Shown here piece after piece: positions 20,684 to 31,523 of a DNA stretch of 57,067 bases. The DNA lies in contig JBDRFP010000012.1 in assembly GCA_043818555.1 (NCBI GenBank), positions 1 to 57,067 on the forward strand, written 5' to 3'. The notes beneath the pieces were generated by a model that worked only from the letters and a program-made list of their open reading frames with translations, ran no database searches and had not been told where the DNA came from. The translations under genes were made by a program, and so were the position numbers. Position 1 is the first letter of the stretch; every line of letters begins with the position of its first letter. This DNA is from a bacterium. Its GTDB lineage: Bacteria; Patescibacteriota; Patescibacteriia; UBA9934.

Positions 20684-21022
20684 TCAAAACTGGTCTTTAA
20701 AGATTCGAATCACATGTTCAATTTTCTCAGGCCGAAGCGCAGAGACATTTTTCACAACCAACGACCTGTGAAGCGTCGCCACCTTATCACACCGCACATA
20801 CGATGTTCCAGGCAGGCGTCCGCGCTGTAGGTCACCCTCAGTAAATCGGAAATGACGCTCGTGGCCTCTACTGGTGATGGCGGCTGCAATTACATCGTCG
20901 TCGATGTTTGATTTTGACAAAACCAGCGCTGGTCTTGATTTAGTTGAACTTAGATCGGTGAATGGAAATCGTACCAGCACAATATCGCCCTGCCGGTAGC
21001 GCACGCCCTCAATTCTGCTCAT
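20684..21022 (-). CDS. PemK/MazF family toxin
   Basis: GDIVLVRFPFTDLSSTKSRPALVLS...AAITS; overlaps the upstream antitoxin. Confidence 0.92.
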   Translation of the reverse strand: MSRIEGVRYRQGDIVLVRFPFTDLSSTKSRPALVLSKSNIDDDVIAAAITSRGHERHFRFTEGDLQRGRLPGTSYVRCDKVATLHRSLVVKNVSALRPEKIEHVIRIFKDQF

Positions 21023-21248
21023 AGAATTCCTGATATACGTCGTCTTCTTCATTATCCCAAAACTCAAATGACTTTTCAGACGCGCTAGCAAAATTCTTTA
21101 ATTCATTGTCATCAACAACCACTTTTACCGGCCGCAATGTGATTACTCGCTCCCGAATTTCAAATGATAGCATATCGCCCTTTATTGCATCTCGAGCTGA
21201 TTTTGGAATGGTAATCTGCCCTTTTGGTGATATTTTGACAGTTTGCAT
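21009..21248 (-). CDS. AbrB/MazE family antitoxin
   Basis: VKISPKGQITIPK; acidic tail FWDNEEDDVY. Confidence 0.9.
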   Translation of the reverse strand: MQTVKISPKGQITIPKSARDAIKGDMLSFEIRERVITLRPVKVVVDDNELKNFASASEKSFEFWDNEEDDVYQEFYEQN

Positions 21249-21342
21249 AGTAAAATTATTTTACATTCTAATTATACACTATTTGGAAATTATGGGCCAA
21301 ATTGAAAACCCGCGATTTACACCGCGGGTGAGTCGGTCGGCG

Positions 21343-21759
21343 CTAGGCCGCATTGATCGCTATGGTATCCGGCGCCTCCATGAAGAAGACCTCCATCTTA
21401 CTGACATTGTGGGAGCCACTTGTAGCAGGCACCTTGACCATAACGAATCGGAATGTGCTTTCAGACCAGTCGTTGTCGCCTCGGCCTCCCCAGCCGAGCG
21501 CGGAATACAATGTCCAGCCCACGCCCAGCGTGTACGAATCAAGCGACGGCTCGCGCTGACACCTCACAACCCGGCCATCTCGCAGATGCAGGTCGTAATC
21601 GATCCCCACAGGCGGTTCATCGTGTTCGTGCCGCTGGGTTACCAGCATGCTGGCAAACGCCTGTGGCTGAGCGGAAAAGTTGGCTTCCTGCCTCCCAAGC
21701 TGCCTGCGCTCAGGGTGAGTAAAAATCGTGCCAGTAAAAGGAACTCGCTGTTTTGACAT
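21343..21759 (-). CDS. Orphan hypothetical protein
   Basis: GGAGGG SD before ATG (MSKQRVPF); hairpin terminator downstream. Confidence 0.6.
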   Translation of the reverse strand: MSKQRVPFTGTIFTHPERRQLGRQEANFSAQPQAFASMLVTQRHEHDEPPVGIDYDLHLRDGRVVRCQREPSLDSYTLGVGWTLYSALGWGGRGDNDWSESTFRFVMVKVPATSGSHNVSKMEVFFMEAPDTIAINAA

Positions 21760-21849
21760 TTGACCCTCCAAAGATTGTCGCCACTATTTTACTCAGCTCA
21801 AACCAAAAAAGCAAGCATTAGCCTGCTTTTTTCCGAAACATCATCTTGA

Positions 21850-22266
21850 TTATTCCACCCCGCACTTCTTAAAATTCTCAATGTACTTTCGGTCCTCATT
21901 TAAAATGTGGCCCGCAAACCAATCCCAGGCAAAATTTACGACCTTTCCCGCCAGTTCCTCAAGCCCATCATCAGATCCCCGAAGATCATCGATCAACTGT
22001 CGCATCCTCTCCTTGTAGTTGTGATGCAGTTCAATATGATGTTCAGCTCCCGGATACTCACACTTCTTGAAATAATTTTCCTCAGTCTCAAAGTGATACA
22101 GCGCATAATTTGATAACGCCGTAAGTTTTTCCAGCAACCCATCCATGGTCAGGTTACCCTCCCCGACGAATTCATTTACCTCATCAGCCATCTTAAAAAA
22201 ATTCTGATGCTGTTCGTCGATCTCCTCAAAGCCGAGAAGGTATTCGTCTTTCCATTCGAACTTCAT
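21850..22266 (-). CDS. Bacteriohemerythrin
   Basis: W...Y.LG...ID.QH, HFETEE, H...H, HILNED ligand pattern. Confidence 0.93.
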   Translation of the reverse strand: MKFEWKDEYLLGFEEIDEQHQNFFKMADEVNEFVGEGNLTMDGLLEKLTALSNYALYHFETEENYFKKCEYPGAEHHIELHHNYKERMRQLIDDLRGSDDGLEELAGKVVNFAWDWFAGHILNEDRKYIENFKKCGVE

Positions 22267-22317
22267 ATTTCTTTGATTAATTATTTATAATAATTTTCCG
22301 GCTCAAGTTTACCACAA

Positions 22318-24492
22318 TCAAGCGGAGGCCGGCAACTCGAACCAGAAGGTCGATCCTTTGCCTTCTTCGCTCTTAAAGCCAATGGTGCCACCATGCTGTT
22401 CTACATAGTACTTGGCGATCGCGAGTCCCAATCCGGAAGCATCGGCCTGCATAGTAGCCGCATTGCTCGCGCGGTAGAATCGTGTGAAAATCCTGCCCTG
22501 CTCGGCCTTAGGAATACCGATTCCGTTGTCGGTAACTTCGAACCGAACCCTACCATCCACCTGAGTTAACTTCACCGTTACCTTTCCCTTGTTTCGCGTG
22601 TAAGTAATGGCATTGCTAAGCATGGCGCTGATCACATCACGAATCTTTTCAGCATCAACCTCAACAGACGGCAACGGAGTCTGGACAGGCACGACCTCAA
22701 GCGCCACCTCTTTAGCTGCAGCATCCTTCTTACTTTCTGCAATGACCGAATTAAACAAGCTCTCAATGGAAGTCGCCGCCTTATCGAGTACAACTCGACC
22801 TTCTTCGATGTCGATGGCAGTAAGCATGTCGTGAATTCGACTAATAACATCGGTTTCAGCTTCGTGTGTAAGACGCACAATATCTTTTTGCGAATCTGTT
22901 AGCTTTCCAACCTCGTCATTAAGCAACGATTCTAGATTCCACCGAATAGCATTAAGTGGCGTGCGAAGCTGATGCGACACAATGCGGATAAATTTGTTCT
23001 TCAGCTCAGCAAGCTCCTTATTTTTCTGCTCCAACTTTATGGCTTCGGAAATATCGCGCGACACAGCCAAAATATTTACCACCCTGCCTTTCGCGTCTTT
23101 AATTGGTGAAAATGTCATATTGCACCACTCTCTGTTTGATCCACCGCGAACCTTGTCTCTCCCCAAGTGCTTTACATCAACCGATGAAATTGTGCCATCA
23201 GCCGCTTGTTTTAATGCCTGTTTAATCAATGTGACATACCGCTTCTCGATCGTAGCCAAATAATCCCAGCCTTCTATTTCTTTAGTCGATTTAAACCCAT
23301 GCTCCTCAAGGCCGCCTTTATTGATCTGGAGCAGTTTTCCATCCTTGTCCAACATTTTAATGCAATCTGGGGACGATTCAATTAAACTACGATACTGTGC
23401 TTCACTCTTTTTTTGTTTATCCTCAGCTTCCCTGCGCTGGGTAATGTCCTGGATTGTCCCAACTACCCGAGTCCTCTTCTTTTGGCTACCAAGCACGGCT
23501 TCGCCACGCTGAGCGACATAGCGAATTTTTTTATCCGGTAGAACAACCCGACTCTCAATGTCGTATGCAACTCCTTTCCCCAGAGCGTCTTTAATTGACT
23601 TTTCCACCAAAGCCCGGTCGTCGGGATGGAAAAAGTCTAAAAATTGTTTGTAGGTTAATTTTAACTTCTCGCTCTCCAGACCGAAAATCCTATACGATTC
23701 ATCCGACAAGGATAATTCACCCGAATCGGTATGCAAATCCCAGTTGCCAGTGTGGGAAACCTGCTGAGCTATGGCAAGCGACCGTTCGCTCTGAACTCGT
23801 TTTTCCTCAGCAACCTTGCGCCAGGTGATGTCCTCTACTGTCAGCAATAATCCCTTAACGGTTTTGCCGTTCTCGCTAAAAATCGGCGACCCTAAATAAT
23901 TCCGCCAGACTGCCCTGCCGTCGCCCAAGTCATAAGACACTTCAGCCCCAAAAGCCTCACCAGCCAGACCTCTGCGCAAATACTTGTCCAAGCCGGCTTG
24001 TTTATACGCTCGCAGATCGAATATGTTCAGCCCAATCATCTGCTTTGCGCTTTCTAAGCCGGCAAGCTTGACCATCTTTGAATTAAAAGTTCCAATCGTG
24101 CCGTCTTTCTGAATTATGATCATGCCTATCGGAGACTGTGAAATAATAGTGCCTGTATCCTGAACCATTGAATACAGGACTCTGCTTACAATATAAAGAA
24201 AAAACGCGCCAAATAAAAATATTGCGCCTACAGTAGTATTTGACAAATGGCTAGCATGAAAATATTCAGGTCTTAAAATTATCTCGATCGCAACCACAGT
24301 GTAGGATGCCATTAAAAACGGGATGATCAACATCAGCGACTTCCAGTACCACTTTGCCAGTCGCCCGATTAACAGCTTCGAAACTTTGTTAAGATTCTGT
24401 AAGGTTAACCAAAAAATAACCAATTCAAGCATTATAAAAACTGGGGCGAACTGCAATAGAACAGTAAATATTTCGTTAATAAACCAATCCAT
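22318..24492 (-). CDS. Membrane PAS-domain sensor histidine kinase
   Basis: N-terminal TMs, three PAS/PAC domains, SHQLRTPL H-box, N/G1/F/G2 boxes. Confidence 0.93.
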   Translation of the reverse strand: MDWFINEIFTVLLQFAPVFIMLELVIFWLTLQNLNKVSKLLIGRLAKWYWKSLMLIIPFLMASYTVVAIEIILRPEYFHASHLSNTTVGAIFLFGAFFLYIVSRVLYSMVQDTGTIISQSPIGMIIIQKDGTIGTFNSKMVKLAGLESAKQMIGLNIFDLRAYKQAGLDKYLRRGLAGEAFGAEVSYDLGDGRAVWRNYLGSPIFSENGKTVKGLLLTVEDITWRKVAEEKRVQSERSLAIAQQVSHTGNWDLHTDSGELSLSDESYRIFGLESEKLKLTYKQFLDFFHPDDRALVEKSIKDALGKGVAYDIESRVVLPDKKIRYVAQRGEAVLGSQKKRTRVVGTIQDITQRREAEDKQKKSEAQYRSLIESSPDCIKMLDKDGKLLQINKGGLEEHGFKSTKEIEGWDYLATIEKRYVTLIKQALKQAADGTISSVDVKHLGRDKVRGGSNREWCNMTFSPIKDAKGRVVNILAVSRDISEAIKLEQKNKELAELKNKFIRIVSHQLRTPLNAIRWNLESLLNDEVGKLTDSQKDIVRLTHEAETDVISRIHDMLTAIDIEEGRVVLDKAATSIESLFNSVIAESKKDAAAKEVALEVVPVQTPLPSVEVDAEKIRDVISAMLSNAITYTRNKGKVTVKLTQVDGRVRFEVTDNGIGIPKAEQGRIFTRFYRASNAATMQADASGLGLAIAKYYVEQHGGTIGFKSEEGKGSTFWFELPASA

Positions 24493-24529
24493 AAATTAAT
24501 TCAACATAAAACTTCTACGATTGATTATA

Positions 24530-27250
24530 TCATGCTTGTGCCGGTAACTCGAACCAGAAGGTCGATCCTTTGCCTTCTTCGCTCTTGAACCCAATAGTGC
24601 CGTCGTGTTTTTCAATAATTGATTTTGCAATGTAAAGCCCCAGCCCCACGCCGTCAGGGTACATTGACTGGGCGTTTGACGCTCGGAAAAAGCGCTCAAA
24701 AATATGGCCCTGTTCGGCTTTAGGGATCCCAACGCCGGTGTCAGCCACTTTCACGGCAACGCCTGTTTTGGTCTTAACAAACTTAACTTCAATCAAACCT
24801 TTCTCCGGCGTGTAGCGGATGGCGTTGTCGCAGATTGCTTCCACTGCAATGCGGATCTTTTCCGCGTCAATGTCCACTGACGAAAAATCTTTCTTAGGCA
24901 TTATGATTGTATGATTAATCCCCTTCAGATTACAAGCATCTTTAAAAGTTTCCGCCACTGACTTAACAAGGCTTACGACCGATGTCGGAGCCTGCTCGAG
25001 CACCATGGTTTTCCGCTCAATGTCGAGCGTTAAGTTCATATTGCGAATTACGCGCAACACGGCCTCTTCGCTCGCAAGAGCCTTGCGTACCAAAATTTGC
25101 TGATTATCTTTCAAATGATTAAACTCGCCCGAAAGTAAAGACTCCAGACTCCACCTGATTTGATTGAGAGGCGTGCGTGTAACATGCGTAAGCGCGGTAA
25201 TAAAACGGGACTTAAGCAAATCCAACTCACGAATCTCATGCTCTGCCTTCTTGCGCTCGGTAATATCCCTAACTGTGGCTATTGCGACTGCTTCGCCGCT
25301 AACCCCCCCACCGGAAACAGTTAACTCGATAGGGACTTCTTTTCCGTCATTTCTTACCCCCTCTGTCTCCACAGAGTTACCCAAAACCGGGCCCTTGCCA
25401 GTTTGCAAAAATTGCACAAACCCCTTTTCTTTATTTTTTCTATGCCTCTCAGGAACTATCTTAATTAGTGACTGCCCCAACATTTCTTTTTCTGAATAAC
25501 CAAAAATCTTTTCCGCAGCCGGATTCCAAAGAACTACATTCATCTTCTTATCAATAGCAACAATCCCATCGACCACTGCCCTGACTAGCTCCCTGTAAGA
25601 CTCCTCGCTCTCTCGTCGCTCTTTCTCAGCCTTACGCTTCCCCATCCATTGCCCGATCTCCTTAGCAATCCTGCCAAACAGCTGTTTTTCCTCTTTCGTA
25701 AAGACCTCCTTAATCATTTCCGGATACTCCTTCAGGTAATTTACATCGACCTTCCCCGCCACCTTGCCGGAAACGACAATATTAGCCGACCGACCCCATT
25801 GCGTTGTTTTGAAATTTTCCGATTGCCATGACGCTTCACCTAAACTTATCTTTACACATACGATCTCCGGATACTGACAACCAATGGGAATTAGATTGAC
25901 AATATGTCGCATAACAGCGTCTGTATCTTCTCCGATTTTCTGAAGCGCGTTCGAAACGCCATACATTACCCTTAATTCACTCACTCTTTTGCTCAAATCT
26001 GCCGCCAATTTTACCTTGGCATTACTCACCTTCTCTTGCGCGGTAATGTCGCGTACTGTTGCCTGCAAAAATTCATCGCTGCCTATCTTCACTTTTGTTA
26101 GCAGGACTGTCGCTGGGAAGTCTTTGCCACCAAGGCGTTTATGCGTCCATTTAAAGAAGTTGGAACCCTCCTTCATGGCTTTCATGATCATTTCCTTCGC
26201 CTTATCTTTTGAAGGCCTGCCATCTGGCTGAAACTCTGGAGAATACTCCCATGGACCTCTGGAAACGAAGTCGGCTTCATCCTTTGCAGCGAACATTTCA
26301 ATCGAGGCCCGGTTTCCAGCAGTAAAGTTCCAAGTTGGTGGCGCAAGTGTCATGATTGCATCATGTGAGCTGTCGTAGAGCGCCTTGTACTTCCGCTCCG
26401 ACTTCTTGCGCTCGGTGATGTCGCGGTGCACTGCAATAGTCGCCTGCGGCCTGCCCGCTTCGTTTGTGAGTACAGAAAGATTGACGCTGATCGGAAACTC
26501 GGTTCCATCTTTTTTCTTTCCCACGAACTCCTCGCCCGATACCACTCCGACTTTAATCATTCTTTCAACGGTTTTGAAAAACTTTGGAGCTTCCAATTTT
26601 GCCAAAAGCATTTCTCCGGGAGTCTTCCCTACAAGCTCCTCCTCTGAATAGCCAAACTGATCTTCCGTAGCTTTATTCACCGATGTTATAACACCTTTCA
26701 TGTCAGTTATGGTAACCCCATCAACCATGTTGTCCATAATGTCGGACAGTTTCTTCTTTTCTTCTTTAATCTGCCCTTCAGCCTTCTTGCGCTCGGTTAT
26801 ATCACGGAAAACGCCCAACAGGCATTTTTTGCCATTTAGCAATAAAGGGGCGGAGTTAACATCGGCAAAAAAGATCGTTCCGTCTTTTCTAAGCACGGGA
26901 ATATCCTTTGCAACTGTAATTTCCTTATTTGCTTGTTTTTCAAACTGATCAACCACATACGGCAAATCTTTCTCCGGGTGGATGGAGGAAACTCCGAGTT
27001 GCAGCAACTCCTCGCGAGTATAGCCTAGCATCCGGCAAATCGAATTATTCGCAATAATAAACCGTTTTGTCCTCAGCTCCGCTATCAAAACGCCATCTAG
27101 CATGTTTTCAAGGATCGAGCGGAGTTGCTCTTCTGAAGCTTGCAGTTCGCCCTTTGTCTTCTTCAATTGAAAATATGCATCCTTAAAAATCCCGACCTCT
27201 ATTTCAAGATCCTCAATCTTTCGTTCAGGGTTCAGGATTGCATCAGCCAT
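24530..27250 (-). CDS. Cytoplasmic multi-PAS sensor histidine kinase
   Basis: Four PAS/PAC repeats (RDITERK), GAF-like segment, atypical H-box THVTRTPL, HATPase_c. Confidence 0.92.
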   Translation of the reverse strand: MADAILNPERKIEDLEIEVGIFKDAYFQLKKTKGELQASEEQLRSILENMLDGVLIAELRTKRFIIANNSICRMLGYTREELLQLGVSSIHPEKDLPYVVDQFEKQANKEITVAKDIPVLRKDGTIFFADVNSAPLLLNGKKCLLGVFRDITERKKAEGQIKEEKKKLSDIMDNMVDGVTITDMKGVITSVNKATEDQFGYSEEELVGKTPGEMLLAKLEAPKFFKTVERMIKVGVVSGEEFVGKKKDGTEFPISVNLSVLTNEAGRPQATIAVHRDITERKKSERKYKALYDSSHDAIMTLAPPTWNFTAGNRASIEMFAAKDEADFVSRGPWEYSPEFQPDGRPSKDKAKEMIMKAMKEGSNFFKWTHKRLGGKDFPATVLLTKVKIGSDEFLQATVRDITAQEKVSNAKVKLAADLSKRVSELRVMYGVSNALQKIGEDTDAVMRHIVNLIPIGCQYPEIVCVKISLGEASWQSENFKTTQWGRSANIVVSGKVAGKVDVNYLKEYPEMIKEVFTKEEKQLFGRIAKEIGQWMGKRKAEKERRESEESYRELVRAVVDGIVAIDKKMNVVLWNPAAEKIFGYSEKEMLGQSLIKIVPERHRKNKEKGFVQFLQTGKGPVLGNSVETEGVRNDGKEVPIELTVSGGGVSGEAVAIATVRDITERKKAEHEIRELDLLKSRFITALTHVTRTPLNQIRWSLESLLSGEFNHLKDNQQILVRKALASEEAVLRVIRNMNLTLDIERKTMVLEQAPTSVVSLVKSVAETFKDACNLKGINHTIIMPKKDFSSVDIDAEKIRIAVEAICDNAIRYTPEKGLIEVKFVKTKTGVAVKVADTGVGIPKAEQGHIFERFFRASNAQSMYPDGVGLGLYIAKSIIEKHDGTIGFKSEEGKGSTFWFELPAQA

Positions 27251-27259
27251 GCGTAAAAT

Positions 27260-27631
27260 TTAACTTTCAATCACCTTCTTGACCCTTGCCACCAAGTCGT
27301 TGCGGTCAAATGGCTTTGTAATGTAATCCTTCACTCCGCGTTCTTTTAATTCTGCCAAGCGCTCCTTTGACACTTCTAGAATTGTAAGGAACACCACATT
27401 GTACTTTTTTTCAAAAGTACCAATGCGCGTAAACAGGTCCCAACCGGACATATCGGGCATCATAATGTCGAGCAGAATTAAGCTAAAGTTATCAAGCTCG
27501 ACTTGCTCCAGAGCGCTTTTCCCGCTCAATACACTTACAACTTCATAGCCCTCTTTGTCTAAAATAGTTTTGACGACTTTGAGCGTGTCTTCCTCGTCGT
27601 CAACATGTAAAATCCGAAGTTTCTCTGCCAT
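27260..27631 (-). CDS. Single-domain response regulator
   Basis: VDDE, LLDIMMPDMSG, YITKPF. Confidence 0.95.
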   Translation of the reverse strand: MAEKLRILHVDDEEDTLKVVKTILDKEGYEVVSVLSGKSALEQVELDNFSLILLDIMMPDMSGWDLFTRIGTFEKKYNVVFLTILEVSKERLAELKERGVKDYITKPFDRNDLVARVKKVIES

Positions 27632-27640
27632 ACAATTTAT

Positions 27641-29197
27641 TTAAGTTAATGAGTTAATTGGTAAAACAAAAATAAATTTACTTCCCATATTCAGCCCGGC
27701 GCTCTCAGCCCAAATCTTTCCTCCATGAGCCCTAACGATCCCTTTGCAAATCGACAGCCCCAGTCCTGTTCCGCCGTACCTGCGCGTAATGTCGCTGTCC
27801 GCTTGGAAGAACGGGGAAAACAGCTTATCAATGGTTATCTTATCCATCCCGATTCCGGTGTCGGCAATGCTTACAATAACATTTTCCGTATCTTTGGCCA
27901 CCTCAACTGTAATTTTACCTTTTTCAGGAGTGAACTTTACGGCGTTATCGAGCAAGTTCCGTAGCACCTGCGAAATCCTCCGCCGATCAACGGAAATGCT
28001 TGGCAGCTCCGGGATTGGCTTTAGCTCAACATTAATATACTGTTTTGCGGCCGCACCTTTCATCCCGTCAACAGCTTCCGTAACCAGCTCTGCCAAGGAT
28101 AGCTCTTCAGGGACCAAATTTAGCTTATTCGAGCGCACTTTGGTAATGTCTAAAACTTCGCCTACCAGAGTTTCCAGCTCAATCTCGTTCCTCAAAATCA
28201 TATCCGCTGCTTCCCTTTGCTCCTGGTTTATAGGCCCGTAATCTCCGGCCAGCAACAAATCGCACTGGGCTCTGATTGGAATGAGCGGGGTTTTCAGTTC
28301 ATGCGTTGCCACATTCATAAACTCGTCTTTTAGCTCATCCAGTTCTTTAAGCTCTTCAACGCTTTTCTCCAGTTCAGAATATGACTTTTGAAGATCGGCA
28401 GTCATTTCGTTAAACTCCACGGCCAAATCTCCAAATTCGTCCTTGCTTTTAATTTCAATCCTGTGGCCCAGGTCGCCGGCTCCAATAATCTTCGCTCCCT
28501 TGCTTAGCTCCGCAAGAGGAAGGGCCATGGTCCTTTGTACGAACAATAAACTTAGCAAGAACACAATGGCAATTATTCCAACAGAGCTGACCGAATAGAT
28601 AACCGTCTTTTGCTGAGCGCTCACCAACGCTTCGCGACTAATGTCGGAAAGCCTTGCCGCGTCTGCTACCATTGCCTGCGAATTTACTGACAGCCTGCCG
28701 ATTAGCCTATCCTCCACCTGCCGAAGGTCAGCGCCCGAATCTTCAGCCACCTCTTCGCCAACAAATCTACCAAATTCTCCACCGGTCTCTTCATCGGCGG
28801 GCACATCCTCTGCCGACTTCAGCGCTTCAAGCTCTGCCAGATTTTCCTGAGCAGACACCAAATTATTAAATATGACCCCGATATCTGCATGATACCCACG
28901 AAGACGATCTACAATTTCCAATTCCTCTCCGCTTTCGAATCCACCTTCGTCAAAAAGGCGTTCGATCGATTCATACCTGGCCTGCCACTGAACCTGCGGA
29001 CGCTTCCCGTCATAAAGCAAAAAATCATTGGCGACAACATTGAGCTCAAACACGCCCTTTACAATCTCCATAGCCGTTACCTCGGCATCAGCTTTTAAGC
29101 GAAGAGTTTGACTAACATAAACATTTACCCCTCCTATCAGCAGGGTTAGAGCAATGAAGACCAAGGTGATAATTTGAAGCCGAAAACGAATTTTCAT
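27641..29197 (-). CDS. HAMP-domain sensor histidine kinase
   Basis: Two TMs around an extracellular domain, HAMP (DEFGDLAVEFNEM), THELKTPL, GGTGLGLSIC. Confidence 0.94.
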   Translation of the reverse strand: MKIRFRLQIITLVFIALTLLIGGVNVYVSQTLRLKADAEVTAMEIVKGVFELNVVANDFLLYDGKRPQVQWQARYESIERLFDEGGFESGEELEIVDRLRGYHADIGVIFNNLVSAQENLAELEALKSAEDVPADEETGGEFGRFVGEEVAEDSGADLRQVEDRLIGRLSVNSQAMVADAARLSDISREALVSAQQKTVIYSVSSVGIIAIVFLLSLLFVQRTMALPLAELSKGAKIIGAGDLGHRIEIKSKDEFGDLAVEFNEMTADLQKSYSELEKSVEELKELDELKDEFMNVATHELKTPLIPIRAQCDLLLAGDYGPINQEQREAADMILRNEIELETLVGEVLDITKVRSNKLNLVPEELSLAELVTEAVDGMKGAAAKQYINVELKPIPELPSISVDRRRISQVLRNLLDNAVKFTPEKGKITVEVAKDTENVIVSIADTGIGMDKITIDKLFSPFFQADSDITRRYGGTGLGLSICKGIVRAHGGKIWAESAGLNMGSKFIFVLPINSLT

Positions 29198-29202
29198 ACA
29201 TG

Positions 29203-30213
29203 CTAGCGGATTATCGTTATGCTGCCGGGGCTAACTGCGTCGAGAGCGCCAAAGTAAATGTAATCCAAATAGTTCGGAATTTGTTTCTGATCGACTAACG
29301 AGTTCTCCACTGCCCACATAGCTTCATCTTCAAGCGTTATTACAAGCGACTGACTAAGCGAAATATCGAATACAAAATCATCCCAGAGCGCGGCCGTAAC
29401 TGTGCTATCAAGCCCCAGGTGTTCGGCAACGATCTCCTGCGCATTTTCTTTGTTGTCTTGAATAAACTCGGTCGCTTTATCAATCGCGATTATAAATCGC
29501 TCCAGCGCTTCGGGATTCGCCTCTGCAAAGCTGTCCATTGCCATAAAATTAAATGTCTCCCTGTAGACTTCCGAGCTTGGAAGCTGGATTGCCGCATTGC
29601 CAAGCAATTGCTCTGCGTTGTAGGCATAGGGCTCCCAGATTACTATTGCGTCAACCTGACCACTTGCCAGCGCTCCGGGCAATTCTGATGGATTCAAATC
29701 AATCACCTGGACATCTGACTCCCTTAGGCCGCCGTAGGTTAGAAAGGCCGCCAGAAAAAATTGGCCGGTTGTCCCGGACGGCGTACCGATTTTTTTGCCA
29801 ACAAGATCTTTAATATCACTTATTCCATTCCCGCCGCGAGCGATTACTTTTAAGTCATCATCTGAATAAACAAAGGTGGAAAAAATCTGAAAATCATCCC
29901 GCTCAAAACTTTGGAACATAATCGGCGTAGGTGCCACAGTGGAAATGTTTACGCCGCCCTCGAGCATATCCAAAAAGCTCAGCCGTCCTGAATCGAACTC
30001 TTCAATGGCAATGTCGAGCCCTGCATCTTCAAAGTAGCCCCTTTCTTCCGCAACCCAAACGGCGGCAGTCAGAAGGCTGGACTCCGCGCCAAGGGTAAGC
30101 TCTAAAACTTCATCGTACTGCTGTCGCTGGCTTGTAACGAACCAATAAACTCCGACGGCGATTATTGCGATCGTCAGAATCACAAGAACAACTATGGCCG
30201 CTTTCTTGGACAT
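29203..30213 (-). CDS. SsuA/NMT1/THI5-like substrate-binding protein
   Basis: VAEERGYF...GLD, DLVGKKIG, GQVDAIVIWEPY; N-terminal anchor. Confidence 0.88.
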   Translation of the reverse strand: MSKKAAIVVLVILTIAIIAVGVYWFVTSQRQQYDEVLELTLGAESSLLTAAVWVAEERGYFEDAGLDIAIEEFDSGRLSFLDMLEGGVNISTVAPTPIMFQSFERDDFQIFSTFVYSDDDLKVIARGGNGISDIKDLVGKKIGTPSGTTGQFFLAAFLTYGGLRESDVQVIDLNPSELPGALASGQVDAIVIWEPYAYNAEQLLGNAAIQLPSSEVYRETFNFMAMDSFAEANPEALERFIIAIDKATEFIQDNKENAQEIVAEHLGLDSTVTAALWDDFVFDISLSQSLVITLEDEAMWAVENSLVDQKQIPNYLDYIYFGALDAVSPGSITIIR

Positions 30214-30483
30214 ATGGCCTGGTTAGTATCTCTGTTTTGATTATAGCTTATCGCGCTATGTATAAACAGCTTGGCTGTGGATGGTTGAAATATTTTTCAA
30301 GCATCTCCGGAAGCAAAAGGACGCGGTTCAACCGCGCCCTTGCAGGGAATCATCTCGCTCCTCCATTCCGTAGCTCTGTATGATCCGTAGATCCGTAACG
30401 ACCTCCGCTATTCTCCAGCATCCGGTAGTCAGTAGCCAAGAACCTCTGAAACCTCTGAAACCCTTGCAACCCTTGAAACCTTG

Positions 30484-30855
30484 CTATTCGCCAGCTTCAG
30501 CTTCCGCCTTAGTCGCATACACAGTTCCATCTGCATGTTCTGGTGGTGCATAAATGGTGTAGAGCTTCATTTTGTCTGTTTTCGATGTATTGGTGATGTT
30601 ATGGTTTGCTCCGGCTGGAATAACGATTGCGCTGCCGTCTTTAAGGTCAAACTCCTCGTCGTCGATGATTGCCTTGCCTGTGCCAGCCTCAACACGAATA
30701 AACTGGTCATGATCATCGTGCACCTCTGCACCGATCTCCTCGCCTGCCTCGAGCGACATTAGAACGAGCTGGCTCTTTGGTCCTGTGTAGAGAACTTTTC
30801 GAAAATTATCGTTTTCGACCGTAGCGTCCTCCAGCTCAACAAAGTATCCTGACAT
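30484..30855 (-). CDS. Cupin domain protein
   Basis: NFRKVLYTG...EIGAEVH...DQFIRVEAG...IPAGANHNITN...KLYTIYAPPEH. Confidence 0.9.
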   Translation of the reverse strand: MSGYFVELEDATVENDNFRKVLYTGPKSQLVLMSLEAGEEIGAEVHDDHDQFIRVEAGTGKAIIDDEEFDLKDGSAIVIPAGANHNITNTSKTDKMKLYTIYAPPEHADGTVYATKAEAEAGE

Positions 30856-31121
30856 AAGATTTTGGTTAGTTTGTAAGGGACAATTATAACATCCCTTAGT
30901 GTAATTGGTACAGTTAACAAAATTGCTGCTCAACGGATCAAACTGATTCACATCACCCCGAGCCGTTTTTCTTTTCGATTGATCTCTTTTCTGTTGGCAT
31001 GTAATTGCTGATTAATTACCCAAGTATAACATTTGGCCGAAATATAACAGTTAGAATTCGCGCGTATTATAACGAAGGATTTAGCAAGATCACAGCGTAG
31101 CCAATTATTAAACGACTCGCA

Positions 31122-31523
31122 TTAACCCTCATTTCTTTCTAAAATTGTCGCCCACCCCAATTCAATCCACAAGCTAACTTCATCAAATGACTGCACCTGC
31201 TCCGATGGCTGCTTAAACAAGATGATATTAATGTCTTTTCCTGACAATTTTTGATGCACGGCAAAAGCCATTTCTGCAAAACTTTCCGCCCCAATATATC
31301 CGCCAATACCGTTCTTATCTTCATTGAACACAAATAAAATATCCGCCTTTTGTATGTTATCAAAAAAACGCCTAAAGACTCCCGGGTAATCTTGCTTAAA
31401 TGTTTGACTATTGATACGGACTGGGTAATCAATCACTTCAAATCCCCTATCCTGCCAATAGTCTATCCACATATTGTAGTGGTCCTGAAAGCTGATGCTG
31501 CCGGCGATGACAATTTTTTTCAT
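31122..31523 (-). CDS. Hypothetical protein with a nucleoside 2-deoxyribosyltransferase-like fold
   Basis: KIVIAGS...IQKADILFVFN...GYIGAESFAEMAFA. Confidence 0.6.
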   Translation of the reverse strand: MKKIVIAGSISFQDHYNMWIDYWQDRGFEVIDYPVRINSQTFKQDYPGVFRRFFDNIQKADILFVFNEDKNGIGGYIGAESFAEMAFAVHQKLSGKDINIILFKQPSEQVQSFDEVSLWIELGWATILERNEG

